Positions 40,231 to 53,697 of a stretch of DNA of 64,000 nucleotides are shown in pieces. The translations under genes and the position numbers were made by a program. The stretch comes from Octopus sinensis (taxonomy: Eukaryota). Location of the stretch: contig NW_021832231.1 of NCBI RefSeq assembly GCF_006345805.1, positions 744,001-808,000 of the forward strand, in the 5' to 3' direction. How positions within the stretch are numbered: the stretch's first letter is position 1; each line of letters begins with the position of its first letter. The notes under the pieces are model-generated. The model worked only from the letters and a program-made list of their open reading frames with translations, had not been told where the DNA came from and did not search any database.

Positions 40231-42728
40231 TATTGATTCTGTTGAGGGTAGTTCGATGGAAGGATAAATTGGGCCTACATATTTAACAATTCTAACTTTT
40301 TGTATAAAATAGAACTCATTATGTAACCATTCTCAGAAATGTGCCCAAACCCCAAAATGTGGAGAAGTTCGTGAACAACTGTTTTTGCGGTCTCTTTTAA
40401 ATTATCCACAGTCTACGGATGTGTGATTTTACTCAAACGTCGTATTTCTTGAAGACTGTCGCCAACGCTCTGGTAGAATTTATTGCTCCCACATCTGCAA
40501 GTCCAAGTAATTTGTCAAAATTATTTCTACTTAGAACATATTGATCACTATAAATCAGTATTTACTAAGTAAACGTGAGAATTAAAAACACGTCTTGGCA
40601 ATCGGACCCGAAATGATCAAATATATATTTTTTCCTGTTTGTATCTGAAGAAGAGACTATTATATTCAGTGAGTTAATTTTTTTCACCACGAGTTGGATA
40701 GACATGGTATTAAAGTACTTGATTATAGATAATAAATACTCTCTGGGCTTCAGATATTAGATTGTAAGTAGCATGTCGCATTTCGTTCTCATTCCTGAAT
40801 GATTCCGACTACACATAAGTTAATGTTATCAAATACAATTGTCTTATCCACATATATTCCAACTTCAAGTTTTCTTTCAAAATTTATAATTTTACTAATC
40901 CAGACTACAAAATTTATGTGCGAAAGACATACCACTTAAGAAAATTAGTGGCATCCAAATCTGAATTTTACGTTTAGCATGTATAACTGTATTTATAATT
41001 GATTCTAACTTTATGCAAAATCCAGTACGGAAAAATATTTCAATTGTAATATCACATTGAATTTGAAGTAATTCTATTTAATAAGAATTTGGTGCTGTCC
41101 ATTTGATAAGAATAAGGATACATTTCTAGTTAGCATTCTAATGTATTGTTGATATCAATTGTAAATGGACTTAAAAATGTTTAAACAGCAGCTGTAAGTC
41201 TCAATTATTTAGACTGAAGTGATCTAATTATGAAAAAATATTGATTTCAGCATGTCTAATGTTAGTAGGATCATATAGACCTAATTTCATACTCCAATTT
41301 TTAATGAATCATTTAATCGTTATTTTATTCTATGTTATACATTTTGCCCCGATCTACGAGCCAAGTTTAAAATAGAGGAGATATCAATTTCTACCAATCT
41401 GATACATATTTTTTGATGACCCTTCCAGTTATAAATTTTTTACAGATTCCACCAAGAAAAATTCAATATAATAGATCGATGAAGAAAAAAGTAAGGCCAT
41501 AAAATGTTTTGGCCTCTCTAAAAATTACAAAAAAGATATTCCGCCACGCTTTTGGATTTAATATTTAATGTCTTTGGAAGAATTAAAATTATAGCCATTT
41601 AATATATGTTTTACAACCTCTAAACTGGTCTACCTTAGAGAAGTATTTTACTTAACGTGCTACTCCTCATAACTACTGATGTCAGCATCATCTTATTGAC
41701 CTGATATTTAAGTATTTTAAATCGTAAAAACTCAGAAAAAATAATAAAAAACAGAAAACTATGAGGCATTTATCTTGGCTTTCTGTGCACTAGTTATGAA
41801 CTTTAGCAGATTTCTGGACTTGAGTAATGAACGACGGCTACTTTTCAGCTGCTTTCTTGATATTTAATTAAATAAAATACATTATTTGATCAAGTGAACT
41901 AAGTGGCACTTTGTAGTCATTTGAAGTGTCGATCGTTTGACCCTCTTCGATAGATTTTTTGAGATTAGCCACTATCAAGAAACGTTAAAATACAGGGAAA
42001 ACACTCCTCGGTTTTTTTAGCTTTGATTTGTTCGAGGTTGGCAAGTTTTTTTGAAAGAGTAGATGGTGACTAAATTTAATCAAATATAAATAATAAAACA
42101 CAAATAAAGTGACTTTTTCTAAATAAATTAGCAAGTTGACTTGTTTTTGAATGAACTTTAGACCTATAAAGATGTTTATATGAACACTGACATTTCTGTG
42201 AGTTGGTTTGTTAGTTCTGAGAAGTCACGTGTCTTCAATGTGTGGACAGGTATTTGATTCCATTTTTTGTTCACAGAAACGCATTTTGAATTTAATATTT
42301 CTAACTTTGAATATTCGGCGTGTAGGGTTTCTATAAATGACTTATTGGTAGTTAAAACCTCTCGACTTCTGCAGCAAAATCTCTGTCTCTGACAGTCTTT
42401 GGGTGACTATTCTTAACTAAAACAGTCTACGCTCAATATATTCAGATTTGTAGGATTCCAGCTCTTTATTTTGTTTTAGCATTGCTCTTTCGATTACAGA
42501 CTGTTCTTGATATAAATTTTAATTAATAAACCAGTAATTAGTTCTTTAAAAGAATTTGAAAAATTCATATCATTCACCATCACTATAAAAATAACAATTT
42601 TGGCGCTCGCATTTAAATATTTTATTCCAAATAATTTATATTAATTATAATAAATATATACATAAAAACTTAAAATTTAAATATCTATACACCATCTCAG
42701 CTGGTACACAAAAGAGAAGAGTTAATCA

Positions 42729-44727
42729 ATGTCCTATGGGGAATCAATCAATTCATTACTATCATTCAAAGTCCCCAATTTCGGCGACATTCACATAAGC
42801 AGCGAATTATGTGAGATAAGATTATTTGACGGCATCCCCCTCCAGATATTGTACTCCACATTTCACCATCAAATAGAGACATTCTGATCCAACTCCTCAC
42901 GGAACAACTTGTCTTCATCAACACTCTCACTGATATTCCCAATCAGCCAGATTCTATCGAGACTGACAAGTTTCGGTCGCTGATTTTTGAGTTACTTACC
43001 TCCTACCAACAACAGGCTCACTTTTTAAGACAAACAGGTTAAATAAGGCCATTTAATCAAAGATTTGACATTCAAACCTAGCAATATGAAAGAACATGAC
43101 CAACTTACATTTTTCCCTACGAATTTTCACCTTCAAAGACTTTCGTGTTCGGGCAAGGCAGGTTAACCACAAAAAATACTTTTTTAGAGGGATACGTCGA
43201 GATCTTCACGATGGGAGCTCTCACGACTCACGGACTGACCTCAAACAAGTCATTTCTTTCCAAAATGGTGGCTCCTTTTACTTCGATCTCATCCTATTTG
43301 AAGTTGGAACTATTTGATCAGCAGTTGTGTTTGGTTGCTAAAAATGCGGCCATTTCCCCCTCTCTTGATTTGGTTGGGTCTTTTCTCTGACCAGAAAGGC
43401 TCGAATAATCGTCAAAATGTTAAAATCTGACACTTTCAGTACAGTTTTGAACATTCTTTCTCGTTATGGCCCTCAAAACTACACAAAAATATTGTACGGA
43501 CAATCCATCGACGGAGTGGACCTCACAAATGTGGATTTGGCAAACCATTTTGTAATTTCCTGCCATTCCTGATCTATTCAGGCCGATACTTTGGCCTGTG
43601 GGGAAAAGTTGTCAAAAAATGAAGAAAACCTGTCCAATTCGTTCATAACAAAAGTGATTCCCGTTCTCCAACGATGTGTACTGGCAATAAAAGAAAGAGT
43701 ATGGAGGGGATACATTTATAGTGGGGACACTACCAGACACTCCACTGCCGAGTGTTCTCTCTCATGTCTCAGTCTGTGAGTGTATTAGCAATGGTTATTC
43801 AACGGCATTTGAACATACATTCCAGTCATCCTCTCCTTTCCCTTCAACTGAGACGAGGAGGACTTGTTCTTATTGGATTCGAGTCACTTCTGACTAGTTA
43901 TCACGACGAACAGGCGTATTTGGAGGATTCCTTCACAGCACTGAAAATGACATCTAATGTCCAATTCTACGTGACTAAGGACACACAAGACTCCAATCAC
44001 CCAACGTCTCCAACTATTGAATTTGATGGGTTTAGTTCCCTAGTAATGCAAAGGTCTTGGAAAGTGAGGATTCCAGTTGTTGAAATGAGTTATGACACCA
44101 TCGTGGACTGTGTTGGGGTGGTCAATGAAGGATTGGTCTTGATCAAACCCACGTGGGTTTTGTTTTCGCTTGGAATCAATCAAGATAGAGTTAAAAGCAA
44201 ACTGTATTGGTAGGGGTACATATCTAGGGGCGGTGGAGATGCCCTTCAGGAGTTTATCAATGTCTCCTCCCTCGATAAACTCACCCTTTTTGTGTCGAAA
44301 TTGTTCTCTGATGAGAATGTGGAATTTGAGTCAGTCAGGACCAGATTGACCAAATTGAAGGAAGAGTTTTTGAGTGATAAGAAAAACCCCACATTTTTGC
44401 AGTCGAGTTCAGCTGTTTGTTTTTATATTAATCAATCAGCTAATTCGTGACTTGTGTGGAGCCCGCGTAACATTTTGCAAGAGCGGGAAAGACCGAACGG
44501 CCATGTCGTCCACTTTGGAGGAGGCGAGGGCTATTCAGAGGATGTTTAATCTTTCCGAACCCATTTTCCGCAAAATTTTAGACTCGTTGAGGTCGCACGG
44601 AATAAGACTCGAGAACTGTTTAAAGAATTGTGGGGTGGCCAAATACAGTTTTTCGCAAATACAACTTCAGTTTTTTCCTAGTATTTATCGGCCTCCGAAA
44701 GGAACTTATGTGTCGCATTTTTCTTGA
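42729..44727 (+). CDS. INPP4: Inositol polyphosphate 4-phosphatase
   Basis: FKPS..FFPTNFHLQRL, GFESLLTSYHDEQAYLED, LFSLGINQ, catalytic CKSGKDRTAMSSTLEE, YRPPKGTY. About 8 short introns; start uncertain. Confidence 0.9.
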
Positions 44728-44865
44728 TATTCATATTACTTTAATATCAATCTAATTTTAGTCTTAAAAACGTTACATGTCAATCATTCCAATTAGGTCT
44801 TATGAAGTATAATATTCTAATTGCTGATGGAAATAATGACAAAAATATATTTAAAAATTTACCAA

Positions 44866-45245
44866 TACTGAGCTGGTAACAACTATATGTGCAGATGTAG
44901 TGTTTTGGAGATATTTTGACTTGAATTTCAACTTTTTTAGACTATCTAAATCAAATGTGGAAAATTAAAGCTCGTCCAAAGTACGGTTTTTTGACTGTTC
45001 TAAGTTAGATAGACTATTTAAAAGTGGCGGTTCTTTGCATAATATCTAATTTCTGATTTTCCAATATAAGGACACAAATGAAAGAGTGGGACATAATCAA
45101 GGCAAACGGGCAAAACTCAGAAACGTCAAAAATGCACAGGTATTTCGTCCTCTTTAGCTCTTCGGCCTGAGCACTAGCGGAGCTGCAAGTGCAAGTTAAG
45201 TAACATCGTTGCCGTAAAAAAGTCGACAAAGGTGACATCCCAAAA
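44866..45245 (-). repeat. Dispersed repeat derived from a CRE-like 3' end (copy 1)
   Basis: Closely matches 51566-51925; encodes WDVTFVDFF..SASAQAEELKRTKY. Confidence 0.8.
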
Positions 45246-46419
45246 CAGTTGAACAAAAAGAACTCCGAAAATAAATATTCCATTTGAAGAAAAAAATACC
45301 ACAAATAAACACTCAACAATTCTGAATTCACTTTGAATTTTTATTGCGGATCCAAATATCCAACAGAGTCCTAGATAAGTGATCTCAAAAACTTTACCAA
45401 GGAGTATCCCAGAACAGAGAGCGAGTTTATTTACTAGCTTCGCCTTCATTTTGACTTTGTAAATGTCACAAACATTACCCAGTTTGAGATTAAAACAAAT
45501 CCAACGCGAAAATAGACCGCCAAGTACATGCTCATACCATGTAATCAGCAATTAAAGACATATTTATCAAACTGCTTACTTGTGTTCTAGGATATATAAA
45601 GTTTTGTCAATTCCCAAAACAAAGCCAATTATAATAAAGGGAAACACTATATTAAAGATAATACTCTAACCAATAGAACATAGAACGAGACTGTAGTAGT
45701 AAGCCTTTGATCGAGTTATAAGCACTTGTACAATTCAAATGCTTTTTTAATAATTCCACGTCTCTTAAAAAGATATCAATGTCTTCCGTAATTTCAGTTG
45801 TTCTCAAAATTGCATTTATTTTGTCGAAAAACTAAATTAATAATAAATTATATCAAAACTTGGCTGTCCTGTGCCCAGGATAACACAATAAATATAATAA
45901 AAACAGCCTAGAAACATACTAAATATAAAATTAGAGTGAAAATACGATATTTATTCCAGATTACTGCGCTATTATTCTTGGAAATATGAAATCAAAGTAT
46001 AATAAGGGTTACTTTGATTAAGTGGCCCAAATGTGTGAGTCAGGACTGCGATTGTGCGAACAAGTTTAAATGTTGTGGATTTTTTGTCCATTTCAGAAAA
46101 TAGAGTTTGTATTCCATCATTTTGGCTATGAAATTATATTTACTAAAACTAATTTGTAAATGTCTAATCCATTTTCATTAAAATAGGAAATTTTAAATGT
46201 CTATTTTTCAATAATTTTCTAAAAAATAACAGGTCAGTGAAAAAATACTTCTGATTTATTTTCGTCGTCTAAAAACTATTTAATTAAGTTTATTACTATC
46301 AAATTTTACCTCTAAGACAATTGCCCTCAACTAGACTATATAATTTAAAAAATACAAATTTTCTGTTTATAGCGTCAAAGCACCCTCTCAGCCATTTAAT
46401 GATTTTCTGAGCACTCGGG

Positions 46420-47215
46420 AAATCTGATTTCTACAACGATTTGGTGGCCAAACGGCGGACAAAGGCGGAACTTGATCAGGAAAAGAAACGTGTTAAGAAG
46501 CAGGAAGAACGAGAAAAACGTGACTCCATGGGGAATAAAAGTGATGTCCCTCATTTGAGGGCTCACTCGTGACTCGAAGGGAGTCCAGCTTAGGAAGGGC
46601 TGCCACGCCCGGGCGAATGCTGGACGTTTTGAAGAGTTGTTATTTGGTGTTGGAGAGGTGTACGTACATTGTGATAGACGAGGCTGACCAGATGATAGAC
46701 ATGGGGTTTGAGCCGGATGTGACTGAGATTTTGAATTGTATGCCAAAGAATAACTTGAAGCCGGAAGGGGAGTGTCTGAAAACCACTGGACGCTTCTCGT
46801 TTCACAATAAAAACAAATATAGACAGGTTTGGTGTTGTGATATTCCAGACTTCCATGTTTACTGCCACAATGTCCCCGGCCATTAAGAGGATAGCACAGA
46901 AATATCTCCGACAGCCGACGGTGGTGTATATTGGAAAATTGGGAAGCCTACAGAACGAGTGGAACAGATTGTGTTTATGCTGAGTGAGAAGAAGAAACAG
47001 TATTGGTTGTGTACATTCCGAGGGATAAACTGCTGTATATTTTAAAAACTGATTTTGTCGCTCCAATCATTATTTTTGTCAACCAAAAGAAGAGGGCTGA
47101 CATTCTCTGCAAGGGACTTGAAAAATGGGGGTTTGTCTGGTTGAGTATTGCCAAGTATAGTCCCATCACTCTCCATGGAAACAAAAGGCGGGAACAGGGA
47201 GATCACCCACTCAAT
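46420..47215 (+). pseudogene. DDX23: DDX23/Prp28 fragment with an internal deletion and truncated 3' end
   Basis: DFYNDLVAKRRTKAELDQEK joined directly to [49 protein letters not shown]. Motif I region missing; retains short introns. Confidence 0.8.
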
Positions 47216-47276
47216 TGTATCAATTAAATTATGAATGCACAACAAGTATTAAGGAACAGAAAAACGAATCCGTTTA

Positions 47277-47550
47277 TTGAAACCGACCAATTCGTTTCAT
47301 CATTGTGTCAAGGGACCCCACGTCCTGTCGTTTTATTTCCAACGAATACCATATAATCTATACAGATATGTAGTGCCGAGTCTATGTAGAAAGCCCCAAA
47401 GAACCCGATTATATGTGGAGATTGACATTCGTGGAGAACGTCCAATTCACGGATTATTTGTGACCGAGGGGACTTTTTACGTCCACTTGGATAATTTTGG
47501 TTGCCATAATTTGGAAAGTTGGAGTGTGCCTTGTCTTGTTGACTATTCCT
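47277..47550 (-). pseudogene. MAP2K1: MEK1/2 kinase fragment
   Basis: [48 protein letters not shown]|DVGSLD then a stop. Lacks the catalytic loop and C-lobe. Confidence 0.8.
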
Positions 47551-47952
47551 GCACTTTCTGATCATTCTCTACAAAAACGAATTTTTTAAGAAAACGAACT
47601 TTCAGATTCTTTAATGTCAGCACCCTGATGACTTTAAATACAATTTGGGTAAACTCAAAATTTATGAGATTTTTAAGAATACTGAGTCGACCATAAATCA
47701 AGCAAATTATAAGAGTTCCATTCTAAGTCTGGAATATCAAGGGAATAAGTATGCCGACACGTATATATAAATAATATTGATTTTATCTAAAAAAAATTTT
47801 TAGAAAAATCTGAAACGGGATTCAGATACCAAGAAAATGAAATTGGTGACAATGATTAGCAAAATCATTGAAATGTAATGTTGGTCATCTTTTTTAATAT
47901 TCGAATTCTATGTTTTATTACTACATAAACATTTAAAGTTTAGAAAAAATTC

Positions 47953-49148
47953 GGTACATATGTAGTAGTTGGCGGCCACTTTTTAGCGAATTTTAAAAAA
48001 ACTATATTTTTTTAGTTAAAAAAAAAATATAATTAAAAAAATACAATATAAAAATAATAAAATCCCACGCTACTTTAATTAAATGAGAAGTGAGGTCAAT
48101 CTATTCAATCTACCCACAAATATGTCAGAAGCTATCAATTTCATGCAATCCAGAGGAATCATCCCAAAAAAAAGTGTGTCGCAACGGACACCAAATGACT
48201 TTAAACATTGGCAGCTCTCCGGCTTGGAATTGCTACAGAAGGGGCTGTCGAAGTAAATCGAGTTAAAAACTGGTATTTATATCATTAAAACTCAACAGGA
48301 ACGTGGTTAGCAGGAACCAAAGTACCATTCGAAGATATAATCCGGTTTGTCTACCTGTGGGCAAAAAATATATCTTCTATGGAGATATGCATGGAAAATC
48401 TTGGTTGGGCTTCACATACAACCGTGGACTGGTCAATGTACATGCGTGAAATTTGCATGCTATCATTGACATCTCGTCAGAGATCCAAAATAGGTGTGCG
48501 TAATTTATAATATAATAGGCGGTGAAGGAATGATTGTGGAAATTGACGAAAGTCATTTTTCAAAAAGGAAATACAACAGAGGCAGAATGTTGCCTGAGCA
48601 ATGGGGTTTCGGCGGAATCTGCAGAGAAACGAACCAATGCTTCTTAGAAGCAATACCTGACAGAACAATGAAGACCCTTACGAAGGCTATTCTTGAGAAT
48701 GGGTTATTCAACAAAGATCTTCAGGATGCAGGATATCAGCACCTGCAAGTGAATCACAGATATTGTTTTGTTGATCCAACTACGGGTGCACACACCCAAC
48801 ATATTGAAAGGTTTCCAATTATATAATTATTCCTTAGAATGTGGAGTAGCGCCAAATGGCGTAATAGAAAACAAAGGGGAACAGTCAGACAACACCTTAA
48901 TAGTTATTTTACGGAGTTCATTTGGCGACAGACAGCCAAAAAGAAAGAATTTGAAACAATCATGGAGTGCATTGCCTTACATTGTCCCCCAGAATCAAAA
49001 CTAAAATAAAAAAAATAATTAATAATTTTGTATAAAAATAATTAATTTTTTTATAGTAATATTATTTAAAAAAGGTAATTATTCACCAAAAAAATATAGT
49101 TTTTTTAAAATTCGCTAAAAAGTGGCCGCCAACTACTACATATGTACC
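47953..49148 (+). mobile_element. Merlin DNA transposon with an intron-containing, defective transposase gene (ATG 48083)
   Basis: About 60-bp TIRs starting GGTACATATGTAGTAGTTGGCGGCCAC; flanking AAATTC duplication. KIGGEGMIVEIDESHF..VNH..FVDPTTGAHTQHIERMW. Introns at 48273-48298, 48494-48518 and 48811-48837. Confidence 0.93.
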
Positions 49149-49218
49149 AAATTCAATTATAATTACTTCTATAAGGTTTAAAAAAATTGAAACATATTTA
49201 TCCAAAAAATCTGAATAA

Positions 49219-50618
49219 ATGATAGGGAATAAGCTGTACATTCTGATTTTAGTATTTATATACTTATTAAACTACATCGATCGATTTCAAGTCTCCGGAG
49301 CTCTTCCAAAATTAAAAGACTATTTCAATGTAACATATTCAACACTCGATCTTGCCCAGAGTGTTTTTATCATTGCATTTATGTTCACGTCTCCGATTGC
49401 GGGGTATCTGAGAGACCGAGTCAGTCGAAAAAGAATAATAATTTTTGGACTATTTTGTTGGACTTTAACGACATACTTATCCTCACTTGCTAAATAAGAC
49501 AGTATTGAGTTATTTTTGGTTTGTCGAGCATTTGTTGGCATTGGGGAGACATTCTTTGTTGCAGTGGTCCCCACAATCATTACTGATCTTTTTGAACAAA
49601 AAAATCGTGCTATTGCGTTTGGAGTCGTTTCTCTGACCATTCCAGTTGGGTCGGGGATAGGTTATATAACCGGTTCTGTCATATCCGAACACCTCGGATG
49701 GAAATGGGTCTTCCGAATCACTCCCATATTCGGAGTCTTTCTTGTCCTTCTTAGCTCCATTTTGCTCTACGACCCCGAAATCGGTCAAAATGACCCTTTT
49801 TGGACAAAAACCACAACCAGTTATTCTAAAGACTTGAAAGTATTATTCACCAACAAAACATATCTCCTAATCCTATTGGGATCTATTGGAGTCACATTTT
49901 CCGGAGGGCCCTTGGGTTTTGGATCCCCGAATATGCACAAATAGTCCTCAAACACATGTCTCCTAACACCGTGACTACAATTTGCGGAGTCATCATTTCC
50001 TGTGCGGAACTGACCGGTATATTCTTTTTGTCACATTGAAGGTGTGTTGATCGGGTCACTTCTCTCAAAGAAGCTCCAGCCAATTTCTGTCTCATATGAC
50101 CCAATTATTTGCGGATGTGGCCTGATTTGTGCATCTTTCTTCGTATTTTATGCACTTTACATGCTGTTGTTTGAAATGTACAGCTCGTTTCTGGCCCTAT
50201 TTCTTGGGGTTTCTGCCATTTGTGTTTGTTTTAGCATTAATGTGGATATGTTGATGGTTTTTTGAGTACACTAATGTGTAGTACATTGTTTCCCCACATC
50301 GTCGGGCCTCATCTTCTGGAATAAATATATTTTTCCAGCACGCCCTGGGAGATGCAGCAAGTACGTACATTGTTAGCCTGGTTGTATCGCTCACGTTTTT
50401 ATTGACATGTAGATAGCAACTCCAACTAAAAAACATGATGAAATAAATATAAATAATGATAGTAAGTATATCAAATTGGGTTTGTTAACGACTGTTTTTA
50501 TCTGTGCTCTTGGAGGATGTGTTTTTCTGGCGGCTTCCTTTTTTTTATAGAAAAGGACTATCGACGGGTTGTTGATGGCATCGATGAAATGGAAGAAGCA
50601 CTTGTTGAAAATATATAG
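49219..50618 (+). pseudogene. SPNS: Spinster-family MFS transporter, probably inactivated
   Basis: LLNYIDRF, SPIAGYLRDRVSRK, RAFVGIGET, IPVGSGIGY, HALGDAAS. In-frame TAA at 49495-49497, two frameshifts and several conserved glycines changed. Confidence 0.75.
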
Positions 50619-51565
50619 ATAACATATCTAACTATTAAATTAATACTATTACACTTGGTTAATCTAATTTTAAAATAAATATTTAAATCTGTCTTCAAGT
50701 TTTCTAGTCTTTTGTCAAGTTTTACTCTGTAAGCCAATTTCAATGAGAAACGTTTTGTTTTTTTAAACTGTTCGACAAACAATGATTTCGAAATCAGCTG
50801 TTCAAAATTTCAGCTATTCTCATCGAAAGTCTAACTCTAAATTGAAACTACTAATTAATCACGAAAAGGTTAGGTAGGTTTTATTTTAAGAAACTCTGAA
50901 TTGGACGATACGAGGCATCCGAGCTCTTCAAAGATACGTTTTAGAAGCATTATTGCGCTTTATTTATAATTCCTTCACCGGTGGTATCTGCATTTCTGTA
51001 TTTCTACTTTAGGGTTCTTATGATCTACCCAGTCAGGAATATGATGACTAAGACTATGCTTAAATGCTAGCTTATTTCAACCTTGAGAAAATATTTCGGT
51101 ACTGCTTAGACTATATCAGGCATCTAGTCCAAAGAGAAAGCTTGCAAAATAACTGTTCGAAATTCAAAAATCTTGAGGTCCAAGTGCAGTCTCCTTAGGA
51201 AACAAAGCATTTCTCGCGTCATGAAATTAAATGAAAATTTTATTAAAGAATTTCATTTACATATTTTAACGCTGTTTTAATACTCAGTTAGGACTCTAAA
51301 AATTGAAGCATCATTGATCAATCAAGTTATAATTGTTACACAAAAGTATAAGTTAATATTTTTAAATTATTGATCTTTACAAACTCCCAGTAAAATTGAA
51401 TCGGCCTCTTTCAAGGTTATCCAATGCTTTTTCCCAAAATTTTTCATATTCATTAAGTAGCAAATATACCTTCGTGTTTCTTTTAATATTTTCGGAGTTC
51501 TTCAGGTATAATATTTTGATTACTTATGGAAATAGTGAAATAATATATTTTAAAGATTTACCAAA

Positions 51566-52000
51566 ACTGAGCTGGCACGAATGTGGTGTTTTGGAATTAT
51601 TTTGACATGAATTTCAACTCTTTTTAGACCTATTTAAATCACATGTGGAGAATTAAAGCTCGTCCAAAGCACGGTTTTTTGACTGTTCTGGTAAGATAGA
51701 TTATTTAAGTGGCGGTTCTTTGCATAATATCTAATTTCCGATTTTCCAATATAAAGACACAAATGAAAGAGTGGGACATAATCAAGACAAACGGGCAAAA
51801 CTCAGAAGCGTCAAAAATACACAGGTATTCGTCCTCTTTAGCTCTTCGTCCTGAGCACTAGCGGAGCTGCAGGTCTTGGGTAGCATCGTTGCAGTAAAAA
51901 AGTCGACACGAATGGCATCCCAAACCAGGCACTTTCCTTCCCTGACAAGCACAGCTTAGTGACGCCAGCTAAGATTGGTCCGACTTTGAGCAAAGTTTGC
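51566..52000 (-). repeat. CRE-like 3' end repeat (copy 2)
   Basis: GKCLVWDAIRVDFF..SASAQDEELKRT; homologous to 44866-45245. Confidence 0.8.
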
Positions 52001-52211
52001 GTAATGTATTTAAGCAGAAGATTTCATTCCAGCCCCAAGAATTGAAAAAATTGCAGAGAAACCAAGATCAAGGTCAATTCATCAATTTTTTTGCATAAAG
52101 CAGTTTCTTTTATTTCCAAAAAAAATTCATCAAATTAATAACAAAATATATATTTATGTATTTAAATTACTTTTAATTTAAATTATTGATATTATATTTA
52201 TACGCGTGTTA

Positions 52212-53697
52212 ATGTTGGATTTTATATGGACCATCTTCTACTATTACTGGATTATAGCCTTACTTATTTCTATTTATTCATTCCTAATGAGCATATTTCG
52301 AGTCAACATGGAAATTGGGCGTGCTTATGTCTGGCTTCTTTCTAAGACAAGCAATTGGATCGCCTCGACCAACCACAAACCACTGAGGCGTTCCCCAAGT
52401 CTCATAAAAACCAACGTCTGTCCCCTAAACGTGCCTGGCTCAGTCAATTCTCTCTTCGGGAAAGAAGAAAGTCAATTTAGTCTAGCAGACGCCATGGACT
52501 TTTGTCGGAATGGAGTTGAGGCAATCGTGCAAGACGACGTGGTGCCTTGTTTCAATGCTGAGGGTCAGTCCTTTCTTAATATGACAGAACTCCCCACTTG
52601 GAACCTCCTCACCCGCAATCGGATGCTCTACAAAGACGATTTGAGGTTCCCTGGGAGTACTATTTTAGTACTAAGACAAGAGTATTTTGGTTTATTGGGC
52701 TGGTTATTCGATATTGTGTCCTCCTTCCTTACAGGTTGGTTTATTGGGCTATTCTAGACTGGCCTTGTTTGTCCTCGGAGTGCTCGTCATGCTTGTTTCC
52801 TTCTCGGTTATTTTCTTCCTTCCTCCCTCGCGGTTGGATGTGTTTTTTATTCACAGATTTCATGACCAAGTCTCCAAATGGGCTCATGTTGTTGTTTTCA
52901 ATTTATTTGCGTGTTCTTTGTCGGCTGTGGTCACATTTCATGGCCGACACAACCGGCCGAGGGAAGGGGTGTGTGTGGCCAATCACACTTCTCCTCTCGA
53001 CGTGGTTTTCCTGTCACTCGACTGCTGTTATTTGCTGGTACTTTTTCCTTTCCAACAGACCGCACAAAGACAATTCGGTGCCTTTGGAATTTTGCAGTCT
53101 TTGCTGGCTATGGGGGCCAGTCATGTTTGGTTTGACCGTTTCAACGTGAATGAAAAAACATCTTTTCTCCAGAAATTACGACAACATATTTCCCGGCCTA
53201 ATTCATGGCCAATTTTATTGTTTCCGGAGGGCACGTGTGTAAATAACACGTCAGTTATGATGTTTAAAAAAGGAGGGTTTGAGGTGGGAGGAATTGTCTT
53301 TCCTGTGGCCATAAAAGCTATTTGTGTTTGTCTTAGTTTGTAGTACTGCCACATGTTTGCGGATGTTTTCTGGAATAGCAGCAGAGAGACCTTTGTCCAA
53401 CACATTATTCGTGTCTTCACAAGCTGGGCTATTGTTGCCGATATTTGGTACCTCCCTCCTTGCACCAAACAGGTAGTACTGCCAATATTACTCTTAGGAT
53501 GATGAAACCACGACTGAGTTTGCTAATCGGATTAGGCAGATGATTGCACGCAATGCTAGTTTGCAGGATATGGAGTGGTTTGGTTGTTTGCTTCATATTG
53601 AAGGGATGGACAGCTCAAGAGGAAGGTGGCTAACTCTGATTTGTCCGATCGAGTTAAACGACATTATTATAACTATCTTCAAGTTGAGACAAACTAG
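52212..53697 (+). CDS. GPAT3: Glycerol-3-phosphate acyltransferase 3/4
   Basis: IVQDDV..ELPTWNLLTR, CVANHTSPLD, LLFPEGTCVNNTSVMMFKKG, PVAIK|Y, WDGQLKR. One frameshift near 52640. GPAT3 versus GPAT4 not resolvable. Confidence 0.92.

Noticed and set aside
40400-42700. Long AT-rich stretch checked for genes or ncRNA
   Set aside because: No ORF, motif, tRNA/rRNA or repeat structure that I could support.
49495-49497. TAA reassignment (alternative genetic code) suggested by the in-frame stop in Spinster
   Set aside because: TAA, TAG and TGA all terminate intact genes here (CAPZA, GPAT, eIF2-alpha), and no other conserved gene has in-frame stops after splicing.
52206-53343. Several long overlapping ORFs suggesting overprinted genes
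   Set aside because: Explained by GPAT exons in different frames separated by short introns, plus one probable indel error.
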